Source: an uncultured Clostridia bacterium (GTDB lineage Bacteria; Bacillota; Clostridia; Christensenellales; Borkfalkiaceae). Taken from it: a DNA stretch of 64,000 nt. This document shows, one piece after another, positions 44,535 to 53,068 of this stretch (positions are counted from its first letter, which is position 1; each line of letters starts with the position of its first letter). Position numbers and translations under genes: made by a program. The stretch is taken from positions 4,557 to 68,556 of the forward strand of contig CAMWIW010000007.1 of the NCBI GenBank assembly GCA_947174415.1. The letters are read 5' to 3'. The notes below the pieces were generated by a model. That model was given only the letters and a program-made list of their open reading frames with translations. It had not been told where the DNA came from and did no database searches.

Positions 44535-46436
44535 ATGGCAGAAGTCAGTTTAAAACACATTTATAAGGTTTATCCGAACGGAACGAAAGCGGTTAACGAT
44601 TTCAATATGGAAATCAAGGATAAAGAGTTTATCGTGTTCGTAGGCCCTTCGGGTTGCGGCAAGTCAACCACTTTGAGAATGATTGCAGGTCTTGAAGATA
44701 TATCCGCGGGCGAGCTCAAAATAGGCGATTTAATCGTAAACGACGTAGAACCCAAGGACAGGGATATAGCAATGGTTTTCCAGAACTACGCGCTGTACCC
44801 GCATATGACCGTTTACGAAAACATAGCGTTCGGCTTGCGCCTGAGGAAGCTCCCCAAAGACGAAATTCACAAAAGGGTAACCGAAGCGGCGGAAATTCTC
44901 GGAATAACCGAATACCTAGGCAAAAAGCCCAAGGAGATGTCGGGCGGACAGCGACAGCGCGTTGCGCTCGGCCGTGCAATAGTGCGCGAACCAAAGGTTA
45001 TGCTCTTGGACGAACCGTTGTCCAACCTCGACGCAAAATTAAGAACGCAGATGCGGGCGGAAATTTCAAAGCTTCACTCCAAGCTGCAAACGACGTTCGT
45101 TTACGTTACGCACGATCAGGTCGAGGCTATGACTATGGGTACGCGTATCGTCGTAATGAAGAACGGCTTCGTTCAACAGATAGATACGCCTAAAAACCTC
45201 TATAATTACCCCGAAAACAAATTCGTTGCAGGCTTTATCGGCACGCCGCAAATGAACTTCTTCGAAGGTACGCTTTTAAAAAGCGGGGAAAACGTCGTTA
45301 TCAATTTCGATAATTCGGAAGCGGAAATCACCGTGCCCTATTCGATGCTGTATAAGACTAAGCCTTCTTATCTCGACGGCAAGACGAAAGTTTATATCGG
45401 GCTTCGCCCCGAAGATATTTCTCTTGCGTCCGACGACGTAAAGAACGGAAAAGCCGTTATAAAAGTTTCGGTGTCCCACAAGGAAGAACTCGGCAGCGAA
45501 ACGCTCATTTACGGTGATATAAACTTAAACGGCGACGGCTACGTCGAAAGCTCGACGCGAATAATAATAAAGGACAACTGCGAAAGAGAAATAAACGCGG
45601 GAGACTTGATAGACGTCGCTTTAAATCTTGATAAGGTGCATATTTTCGACGCGGAAACCGAAGCGTCCGTTTTACCCCGTATTCCCGAATATAACTATCT
45701 CGACTGCGAGGTCAAGGGAGGAAAGCTCGGCTTCCTCGGTACGGAGCTCGTATTGCCCGAAGCCGTCAAATGCGCGGACTTAAAGGGCGAATTGCTTATC
45801 CCTACCGACGCTATAACTTTTGACGGCAATATAAAGGCGGAAGTTGCCGCGTGTGAAAATATCAACGGCGTCAATCTGCTCGCTTTAATGCTTGGCGGCA
45901 AACGCCTGTACGCCGTTGCCCCCTCGTTAATCGGGGATAAAACCGTTAACATCGGCGTCGATTTAAAGAAGATAACGATAATTTCGAACGGCGAAAACGT
46001 CGTTTCGCCTATGCCCGAAATTAACAGATTTGACTGCACTTTCGAAAAGCGTAAGACGGTTGAAAAGGTTGAAGCAAACGGCAAAGTCAAAAATAAAAAG
46101 ACTGCAATTTTCGGGTTCAACGTTGCGGGTGCATTCTTCAAATCCTCGGACGATGCGTCGCAGAAGATATTTGCGGCTCTCGGCATAAAGAAAGCGTTCA
46201 GCGCGCCTTTAAAGTTAGAATGCGGGGTTTGCGACCTGCACTTTACCGACAGCGGTATTGCTGCGGTGGCGGAGGAAACTCTCGATTACGGCAAGGAAAA
46301 GTTCTTGAAGTGCAAAGTGGGCGAAAATACAGTATACGTCAAAACGGAAACGGAATATAACGGTAACGTATACCTCTTACCCGATTTTGAAAAAATCGGC
46401 GTAGTGGAAACCGAACGGGAGATTAAAATAATTTAA
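44535..46436 (+). CDS. MsmX/MalK-type ABC ATPase with a roughly 260-aa C-terminal extension
   Basis: Walker A GPSGCGKST, LSGGQRQR, MLLDEPLS. The canonical end (KVHIFDAETE) lies near aa 370, but the ORF runs to aa 633. Confidence 0.85.
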   Translation: MAEVSLKHIYKVYPNGTKAVNDFNMEIKDKEFIVFVGPSGCGKSTTLRMIAGLEDISAGELKIGDLIVNDVEPKDRDIAMVFQNYALYPHMTVYENIAFGLRLRKLPKDEIHKRVTEAAEILGITEYLGKKPKEMSGGQRQRVALGRAIVREPKVMLLDEPLSNLDAKLRTQMRAEISKLHSKLQTTFVYVTHDQVEAMTMGTRIVVMKNGFVQQIDTPKNLYNYPENKFVAGFIGTPQMNFFEGTLLKSGENVVINFDNSEAEITVPYSMLYKTKPSYLDGKTKVYIGLRPEDISLASDDVKNGKAVIKVSVSHKEELGSETLIYGDINLNGDGYVESSTRIIIKDNCEREINAGDLIDVALNLDKVHIFDAETEASVLPRIPEYNYLDCEVKGGKLGFLGTELVLPEAVKCADLKGELLIPTDAITFDGNIKAEVAACENINGVNLLALMLGGKRLYAVAPSLIGDKTVNIGVDLKKITIISNGENVVSPMPEINRFDCTFEKRKTVEKVEANGKVKNKKTAIFGFNVAGAFFKSSDDASQKIFAALGIKKAFSAPLKLECGVCDLHFTDSGIAAVAEETLDYGKEKFLKCKVGENTVYVKTETEYNGNVYLLPDFEKIGVVETEREIKII

Positions 46437-46440
46437 ACTT

Positions 46441-48675
46441 ATGGACAAAAAACAATTTACTGACGAATTAGAAAAAATCGATGCCGTCGGAAAATCAACG
46501 GTAGAACTGTATAACGAGATTTCCGCGCTTGCATTAAGCTACGGACTGAGTAATGCGGGCAAACCCGCAGAAAAAAACGCGTATTACCTTTCGATGGAGT
46601 TTTTAATAGGGCGGAGCTTTTTTAATAACCTAATGGAACTCGGCGTCTTGGAAGAAACGCGTAAGGTGCTTGCAAACAAAGGTATAGATATCAACGTATT
46701 CGAAGAGATAGAGGACGCGGCTTTGGGTAACGGCGGGCTCGGACGGCTTGCCGCATGCTTCCTCGATTCCGCGGCGGGGCTCGGACTTCCACTGCAAGGC
46801 TACGGAATACGCTATAAATACGGTCTATTTAAACAGGCAATAGAGAACGGTTTTCAGGTAGAGCTTCCCGATGATTGGCAATCCTTCGGCGACCCGTGGT
46901 CCGTCCGTAAAGAGAGCGAAGCCCGTTCAATAAAGTTTGCGGATATGATGGTTACGGCAGTGCCTTACGATATGCCCGTGTTCGGCAAGCGTGTTAATAC
47001 TTTAAGATTATGGCAAGCCGAAGGCAGTGAAGAGGCGCGTAAAATCAGCGAATATCTGTATCCCGCCGACGATACCGTAGAGGGCAAGCTGTTAAGGCTC
47101 AGGCAGGAATACTTCTTCTCCGCGGCGGCTGTTGGCGAGCTCATAGAAAAACATATAAAAAAGCACGGCAAAAGGTTTGATAACTTTTCCGACTTCAACA
47201 CTATTCAGCTCAACGATACCCACCCAGTTCTTGCGATAGCGGAGTTTATCAGGATACTTACGGCAGAATATAAAGTAAGTTTTTCCGACGCTTTGGAAGT
47301 CGCAAAGAAGACGTTTGCATACACCAACCATACGGTTTTGCCCGAAGCGTTGGAGTGTTGGAACGCCGAGCTTGTGAAGAAAATTCTGCCCGATATTTAT
47401 TCGGTATTGATTAAAATCAATTTAAGGCAAAGGGAAGAGCTTGCGAGCCTCAAATGCTCCGAAGAAGAGGTTACGGCGATGTCGTCGTATTCTCCTTACG
47501 GCTTTTCAATGGCGAACCTTGCGGTTTACGTGGGCAAGTCGGTAAACGGCGTTGCAAGATTGCATACCGAAATTCTGAAACACGCTCTGTTTAAAACAGC
47601 TTATAAATACTTCCCCGAAAAGTTCCAAAACAAGACGAACGGCATCACCCAGCGGAGATGGCTTATGCTTTGCAACAGCGAGCTTTCCGCGCTGTTGGAT
47701 AAAACGATAGGAAGCGGTTGGCGCGGGGATATAGCCGAGTTAAGCGAGCTGAACGCCCGTATCGAAGATATAACGCAAGAATTTATCACGGTTAAGGCTG
47801 AGAAAAAAAGGCAGCTTTACGACTATATCAGACAGCACGAAAATATAGAAATTCCTCAGGAATTTATAGCATATTCGCAGGTCAAAAGACTGCACGAGTA
47901 TAAGCGCCAACTTATGACGGCTTTTGCTATTCTCGAAATTTACAACGGTCTAAAAGACGGAAGTATCAAGGATTTTGCGCCCTCCGTATTTATCTTCGGG
48001 GCTAAGAGCGCGCCGGGATATAAGCGGGCGAAAGCTATAATCAAATTCATTAACGAGATAGCGGCAAAAATCAATTCGGACGGAGATACTAACGGACTTT
48101 TAAAGGTCGTATTCGTTCGCAATTACAACGTTTCGTACGCCGAAAAAATCGTTGCCGGCACTGACGTATCCCTGCAAGTTTCCACTGCGGGGTTGGAGGC
48201 AAGCGGCACGGGCAATATGAAATTTATGATGAACGGCGCTGTTACTTGCGGAACGATGGACGGCGCGAACATAGAAATCGTAGAGCTTGCGGGCAAAGAA
48301 AACAATTATATATTCGGCGCGGAAGTGGACGAAATAGAGAAACTTAAACAGGACGGCTACGACCCGATAGAATATTTATCGCGGCACAAGGCGGCGGTTG
48401 AAAGCCTTATCGACGGAACTTTCTCCGACGGCGGTACGGGCTGTTTCAAAGAGCTTTACGAAAGTTTAACGGTGGGTGCAAGTTGGCATAAGCCCGATAA
48501 CTATTTCGTGCTGTACGACTTGCAGAGCTTTGTCGAAACGCTTTTAAAAATCAACAGAGATTATAAAGATAAAAAAGCGTTTGCGGTAAAGCAGCTTAAA
48601 AACACGGCGAATTCGGCGTACTTCTCTTCCGACAGAACTATTAAAGAATACGCTAAGGAAATTTGGGAAATTTAA
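46441..48675 (+). CDS. glgP: Glycogen/maltodextrin phosphorylase
   Basis: PLP site EASGTGNMKFMMNGA. Confidence 0.9.
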   Translation: MDKKQFTDELEKIDAVGKSTVELYNEISALALSYGLSNAGKPAEKNAYYLSMEFLIGRSFFNNLMELGVLEETRKVLANKGIDINVFEEIEDAALGNGGLGRLAACFLDSAAGLGLPLQGYGIRYKYGLFKQAIENGFQVELPDDWQSFGDPWSVRKESEARSIKFADMMVTAVPYDMPVFGKRVNTLRLWQAEGSEEARKISEYLYPADDTVEGKLLRLRQEYFFSAAAVGELIEKHIKKHGKRFDNFSDFNTIQLNDTHPVLAIAEFIRILTAEYKVSFSDALEVAKKTFAYTNHTVLPEALECWNAELVKKILPDIYSVLIKINLRQREELASLKCSEEEVTAMSSYSPYGFSMANLAVYVGKSVNGVARLHTEILKHALFKTAYKYFPEKFQNKTNGITQRRWLMLCNSELSALLDKTIGSGWRGDIAELSELNARIEDITQEFITVKAEKKRQLYDYIRQHENIEIPQEFIAYSQVKRLHEYKRQLMTAFAILEIYNGLKDGSIKDFAPSVFIFGAKSAPGYKRAKAIIKFINEIAAKINSDGDTNGLLKVVFVRNYNVSYAEKIVAGTDVSLQVSTAGLEASGTGNMKFMMNGAVTCGTMDGANIEIVELAGKENNYIFGAEVDEIEKLKQDGYDPIEYLSRHKAAVESLIDGTFSDGGTGCFKELYESLTVGASWHKPDNYFVLYDLQSFVETLLKINRDYKDKKAFAVKQLKNTANSAYFSSDRTIKEYAKEIWEI

Positions 48676-48773
48676 ACGTAACGGCTTTCGGAGCACCGAG
48701 AGCCGTTTCTATTTATAAATAGCCGTTGAAAACTCAAAATAAATATGTTATAATTGCGCTAACGGAGGAGCTT

Positions 48774-48941
48774 ATGACCATTCATCACGATAAGCTTGCC
48801 TACGGGCGGCTTGCAAGAACGAGCGAGGAAATGACCGATAAACAAGTGGAAGAAATGCTAAAAGCACTTGCCGAAGAGGGTGAAAAGGAAGAACGGGGCA
48901 CGGAAGAAAAGCCCCGTTCAAAAGGCGGCAAAAAGGAGTAA
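48774..48941 (+). CDS. Small charged protein (55 aa), function unknown
   Basis: The ATG at 48774 has a strong RBS, ggaggag. The track start at 48726 is a TTG. Confidence 0.4.
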   Translation: MTIHHDKLAYGRLARTSEEMTDKQVEEMLKALAEEGEKEERGTEEKPRSKGGKKE

Positions 48942-48944
48942 AAA

Positions 48945-50420
48945 ATGTGTATACTTGCCCTTGACCAAGGCACTACGAGTACCCGTGCAATTATATTCGA
49001 TAAGCGCGGGAAAATTGTTTCACGCGCGCAACAGGAGTTTCCGCAAATCTACCCTAAAGCAGGGTGGGTAGAACATTCACCGCAGGATATTATGGGGTCT
49101 ACGGTGGCTGTAATAGGCGAAGCCCTGATAAGAGCGGGACTTTCCGCACAGGATATTACGGCTATCGGAATAACCAATCAGCGTGAAACAACGCTCGTGT
49201 GGGATAAAAAAACGGGTAAGCCCGTATATAACGCAATCGTTTGGCAGTGCAGAAGATGCGCGGAATTTTGCGATGCATTAAGGCGGGACGGGTTTGCCGA
49301 AAAAATCTACAACAAGACGGGACTTGTGCCTGACGCGTACTTTTCCGCAGCTAAAATAAAATGGATTTTGGATAACGTGGACGGCGCGCGTGAACGCGCC
49401 GAGAGGGGAGAGCTTGCTTTCGGGACGGTGGATACCTTTATTTTATGGCAGCTTTCAAAGGGTAAAATTTTTGCAACCGACTATACCAACGCAAGCCGCA
49501 CTATGCTTTTTAATATTCACACTTTAAAGTGGGACGAAGAGCTTTTGAGGCTCTTTGACGTTCCTGCGGCTATGCTGCCCGAAGTTCACCCTTCAAGCCA
49601 CCTTTACGGCTGTACGGACGCAAGACTATTCGGCTCGCCCATTCCCGTTTGCGGGGTAGTCGGCGACCAACAAGCCGCTCTTTTCGGGCAGCTTTGCACT
49701 AAAAAGGGGGACGTAAAAAACACTTACGGCACGGGTTGCTTTCTTTTAATGAACACGGGGGATAAGGCTGTCAAAAGCCAAAACGGTTTGGTTACAACCC
49801 TCGGTGCAACGGCAGAGGGCAAGCCCTGTTACGTTCTCGAAGGCTCGGTATTCGTCGGAGGTGCGGCAGTTCAGTGGTTAAGGGACGAAATGAAAATTAT
49901 TTCGTCTTCAGACGACAGTGAGGCGCAGGCAGTAAAGGTCAAGGACAGCGGAGGGGTATACTTCGTGCCCGCCTTAACAGGATTGGGCGCGCCATATTGG
50001 AACGCCTCGGCAAGAGGCACTATAACGGGCATAACGCGCGGCACTACGCGCGAGCATATCATACGCGCCTCCTTGGAGGGCATTGCGTACGAGGTTTGCG
50101 ATTTGGTTCAGGCAATGGAAAAAGACGCAGGCATCAAAATTAACCGCCTTGCCGTGGACGGCGGCGCATGTAAAAATAATTTTCTTATGCAGTTCCAGTC
50201 TGACGTATTAAATCTGTCCGTCGTGCGTCCCGAGGTTGCGGAAACGACCGCCCTCGGTGCGGCGTACCTTGCGGGGCTGAACGCGGGCTATTGGAGCGGA
50301 ATAGAAGAGATAAAAAAGAACTTCGAAGTCGAACGCGTCTTTACCCCCTATATGGACGAAGGAGAGAGGGCAACCCTTTTAAACGGTTGGCGTGAAGCAG
50401 TCAGAAAAGCGACGTTATAA
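48945..50420 (+). CDS. glpK: Glycerol kinase
   Basis: [16 protein letters not shown] and typical FGGY motifs. Confidence 0.95.
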   Translation: MCILALDQGTTSTRAIIFDKRGKIVSRAQQEFPQIYPKAGWVEHSPQDIMGSTVAVIGEALIRAGLSAQDITAIGITNQRETTLVWDKKTGKPVYNAIVWQCRRCAEFCDALRRDGFAEKIYNKTGLVPDAYFSAAKIKWILDNVDGARERAERGELAFGTVDTFILWQLSKGKIFATDYTNASRTMLFNIHTLKWDEELLRLFDVPAAMLPEVHPSSHLYGCTDARLFGSPIPVCGVVGDQQAALFGQLCTKKGDVKNTYGTGCFLLMNTGDKAVKSQNGLVTTLGATAEGKPCYVLEGSVFVGGAAVQWLRDEMKIISSSDDSEAQAVKVKDSGGVYFVPALTGLGAPYWNASARGTITGITRGTTREHIIRASLEGIAYEVCDLVQAMEKDAGIKINRLAVDGGACKNNFLMQFQSDVLNLSVVRPEVAETTALGAAYLAGLNAGYWSGIEEIKKNFEVERVFTPYMDEGERATLLNGWREAVRKATL

Positions 50421-50433
50421 ATTGTAAAAAATC

Positions 50434-50472
50434 AGCCGCCCGCAGAGATTTCTCCGCGGGCGGCTTGTTTTA
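50434..50472. terminator. Terminator after glpK
   Basis: Stem agccgcccgc / gcgggcggct followed by tgttttatt. Confidence 0.8.
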
Positions 50473-50515
50473 TTATTCCGTAATCGCAATTAAGACACGT
50501 GATTAAACGGAACGT

Positions 50516-50680
50516 TTACTCAATACTGTTTTTGCCGTCAATATTATTATACATTTCGTGAAATTTTTTGACCTCGTCGGGGTCGAGAGAAACCTTTTGA
50601 AACAGCCCCGTGCACTCGTTCGCGCTGGCACAGTGTTCAAATATGTCCTCAATCATTTTGTTTTGTTTACGCTTGCTCAT
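50516..50680 (-). CDS. Possible small protein (54 aa) downstream of the ATP-grasp gene
   Basis: MSKRKQNKMIEDIFEHCASANECTGLF...GKNSIE. Weak RBS and uncertain start. Confidence 0.3.
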   Translation of the reverse strand: MSKRKQNKMIEDIFEHCASANECTGLFQKVSLDPDEVKKFHEMYNNIDGKNSIE

Positions 50681-50712
50681 ATACATAGCTTTTGCAAGCC
50701 GCCGCAAATTAT

Positions 50713-50751
50713 GCAAAATAGCGTTATTTCAAGCATATATGGGCACTAACC
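50713..50751 (-). repeat. C5-ATATG dispersed repeat
   Basis: The reverse complement reads ggttagtgcccatatatgcttgaaataacgctattttgc. It straddles the stop codon (50746-50748) of the ATP-grasp gene. Confidence 0.7.
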
Positions 50752-51627
50752 GTATATTTTAGTGCAAATATATTCTGCGTACAGCCGTGCAATATTAACG
50801 CCTGTAACCCTCTCTATCCCTCCGAAAAAGGCGTTGGAGTTTACTTCGCACACCAAATACTCCCCGTTTTCGCCGTATAAAACGTCAATTCCGCAGTAAT
50901 CGAGATTAAGCGTTTTTGCCGTTAGTTCGCATATATCCCGCAGTCTTTCGTCAATTTCAGCGGATTTTGCCGTGCCTCCGAGCTCTAAGTTTGAACGGAA
51001 ATCCGTATCCGATTTTCTTTGCATTGCGGCTACTGCCTTGCCGCCGATTACAATTACGCGTAAATCTTTGCCCGCACTCGTAGATATAAATTTCTGAAAA
51101 AGGTGAGGAACGAGTTTCAGCTTTTCGCAAAGAACTTCGAGTTCATGTCTGTCGTCCGCCTTGTAGACACCTTTGCCGAGCGACCCGTAACTTTCTTTAA
51201 CTATAACGGGATAGCCCAAAGTCCTTGCAATAAAGTCGATATCGTTTGACCGCACCGACGCCCCTGCATCGTAGCATAAAAGCCCTGCAACAGTCGGCGG
51301 CATAGGTATACCTTGCCCCGCGAGCGCAAGGTGCGTTTCCGCTTTATCGTCGCAAACCCGCACTGCGGCGTGGCTGTTAAAAAGCCGCAAGCCCGACTTT
51401 TCCAATATCGCAGAGGTGTATTTGTCCTTATCCAAGTACACGCAAAAATCGTATCCGCAAAAATTGTTAATAACCGTGCCGTCCTTATCAAGACTTGCAA
51501 AAAAGCCGTTACGCCTTATCTCCGCACTCACGCCTAAGCGTTCGAACTCGGATTTAAGCCGTTCGGCTTGGTTCAGCCCCGTGGGCAACGTAGAATATGC
51601 ATTTGTCAGAATAACTGCCCGTTTCAC
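50746..51627 (-). CDS. RimK-type ATP-grasp ligase
   Basis: GTG start. ATP-grasp pattern: VIVKESYGSLGKGV, LFQKFI, DLRVIVIGGK, CEVNSNAFF. Confidence 0.75.
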   Translation of the reverse strand: MKRAVILTNAYSTLPTGLNQAERLKSEFERLGVSAEIRRNGFFASLDKDGTVINNFCGYDFCVYLDKDKYTSAILEKSGLRLFNSHAAVRVCDDKAETHLALAGQGIPMPPTVAGLLCYDAGASVRSNDIDFIARTLGYPVIVKESYGSLGKGVYKADDRHELEVLCEKLKLVPHLFQKFISTSAGKDLRVIVIGGKAVAAMQRKSDTDFRSNLELGGTAKSAEIDERLRDICELTAKTLNLDYCGIDVLYGENGEYLVCEVNSNAFFGGIERVTGVNIARLYAEYICTKIYG

Positions 51628-52232
51628 TTCTGTTTCCGATAAATTTTATATGCTTTTTTGTCAGGTGCGCCGTTTTCGATAATATAAACGGTTTTGCCTT
51701 GTTTCCCGTTTTTGAATACCGAATAAGCAACCGATTTGTACTTGCCGCCGCGTTCGATAAGGCGGCAGAACGTTGAGCCCAACTTTTCTATTATCGCTGT
51801 GGTAATTGATGCCTTTCTTATAAGAGAAAGCCTTCCGAATGCCGAAAAATCAAAAATTATCTGCTCCTTGAAGTTGTTTGTTCTGACTGAGAAAATCCAA
51901 CCATCGTTTGAAATAAAATAAGTAAGGCTGTCCCGTTCGGGGTGCATAAGTGCAACGTTCTCGATAAAAACGTCTCTTACGTAATTTTTAATGATGCGGT
52001 CAAGCGCTTTGCCGTATTTAAGATTGCATACGGCGGCAACCGCCGTAAAAACACCCAAAGGGATACACAGCAGTGAGCCGTAAATGCGCAAACCGTTATC
52101 CGAAAGTGCTATTGCAACCGCGAACACAACGAAAAGCGCAACGCAGACAATTCCCGCGCAAATCAGAGCAATAAGTCCCCAGAGCTCGCCCTTTTTTAGT
52201 TTTTTAATTTCTTCGGTATTTAAATTCGGCAT
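51624..52232 (-). CDS. Membrane protein of unknown function (2 TM plus a cytoplasmic domain)
   Basis: 4-nt overlap with the ATP-grasp gene. Two hydrophobic helices at the N-terminus. Confidence 0.5.
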   Translation of the reverse strand: MPNLNTEEIKKLKKGELWGLIALICAGIVCVALFVVFAVAIALSDNGLRIYGSLLCIPLGVFTAVAAVCNLKYGKALDRIIKNYVRDVFIENVALMHPERDSLTYFISNDGWIFSVRTNNFKEQIIFDFSAFGRLSLIRKASITTAIIEKLGSTFCRLIERGGKYKSVAYSVFKNGKQGKTVYIIENGAPDKKAYKIYRKQK

Positions 52233-52309
52233 AACTATATTTTAAATCACGTTGACCTATCCGTCAAGTTTTTATTGAAAATAATCTCAATTTGCGGTAT
52301 AATGTATTT

Positions 52310-52738
52310 ATGAAACTCAATTTCGAACTTGTGCCCGATAGCTGTTGGTACAGCAATTTAAGAAGCATTTTAACGCCCGCGCAGTGGGACGTCGTCCGTA
52401 AGGAAGCGTACGCCAGGGCAGGCGGTAAATGCGCCATATGTGGGGGTGTATCGCCCCGATTAGAGGCTCACGAGCAGTGGGAATACGACGAAAAGAACGC
52501 CGTTCAGAAGCTTAAAACGGTTATTGCAGTGTGCAAAAATTGCCACGAAGTTATTCATATAGGCAGAACGACTTTAATGGGCGGAGAGGAGCGCGCTTCG
52601 GCTCATTTTATGAAAGTTAACGGCTGTTCTTATTCTGAATACCGCAAAGCTTTGGGCGAGGCGAACGAGGCGCACCGCAGGCGAAACCTTATTCCCGAAT
52701 GGAAGCTCGATTTGTCTTACCTCAAAAAGTTTTGTTGA
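52310..52738 (+). CDS. Zinc-ribbon/HNH-like protein
   Basis: CAICGG...LEAHEQWEY...CKNCHEVIH. Promoter ttgaaa-17-tataat at 52275-52303. Confidence 0.5.
   Translation: MKLNFELVPDSCWYSNLRSILTPAQWDVVRKEAYARAGGKCAICGGVSPRLEAHEQWEYDEKNAVQKLKTVIAVCKNCHEVIHIGRTTLMGGEERASAHFMKVNGCSYSEYRKALGEANEAHRRRNLIPEWKLDLSYLKKFC
52427..52453 (-). repeat. C5-ATATG repeat core, intragenic
   Basis: The reverse complement reads cgatacacccccacatatggcgcattt. It encodes CAICGGVS. Confidence 0.5.
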
Positions 52739-52749
52739 TTTTTAAATAC

Positions 52750-52786
52750 AAGCCCGACGCGCGCCGCGCGTCGGGCTTATTCGTTT
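52750..52786 (+). terminator. Intrinsic terminator
   Basis: Stem aagcccgacgcgcg / cgcgcgtcgggctt followed by attcgttt. Confidence 0.75.
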
Positions 52787-52840
52787 ATCCGATTAATATC
52801 GTTTTAAGCGAAAAACCGCGAAAAATGTAAATTTTCATAT

Positions 52841-52886
52841 ACAACATATAGTTATGGCGTTAAAAATTTTCATACAAGATATTGTG
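52841..52886. promoter_or_regulatory. Pair of NrdR boxes
   Basis: acaacatatagtt (52841-52853) and acaagatattgtg (52874-52886), 33 bp centre to centre. They lie just upstream of the -35 ttgaca at 52897. Confidence 0.65.
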
Positions 52887-52981
52887 CCCCAACACTTGAC
52901 ACGGCTTGTCCTAAGTATTATACTTGTCCTTGCTGCGCCCTTGAAGGAGGCACGGCGTTAAAAGTAATTTTTTTATTTTTT

Positions 52982-52997
52982 ACACAATATATTGTAT
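52982..52997. promoter_or_regulatory. NrdR box next to the second nrdD promoter
   Basis: acacaatatattgtat, followed by ttgaca-17-tagaat (53007-53035). A weaker partner, ccacaaaataagtgat, lies at 53015-53030. Confidence 0.65.
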
Positions 52998-53068
52998 AAG
53001 CGGGTATTGACAAACCACAAAATAAGTGATAGAATTGTTTATACTTGCACCATTCGGAGGAAACTTAT

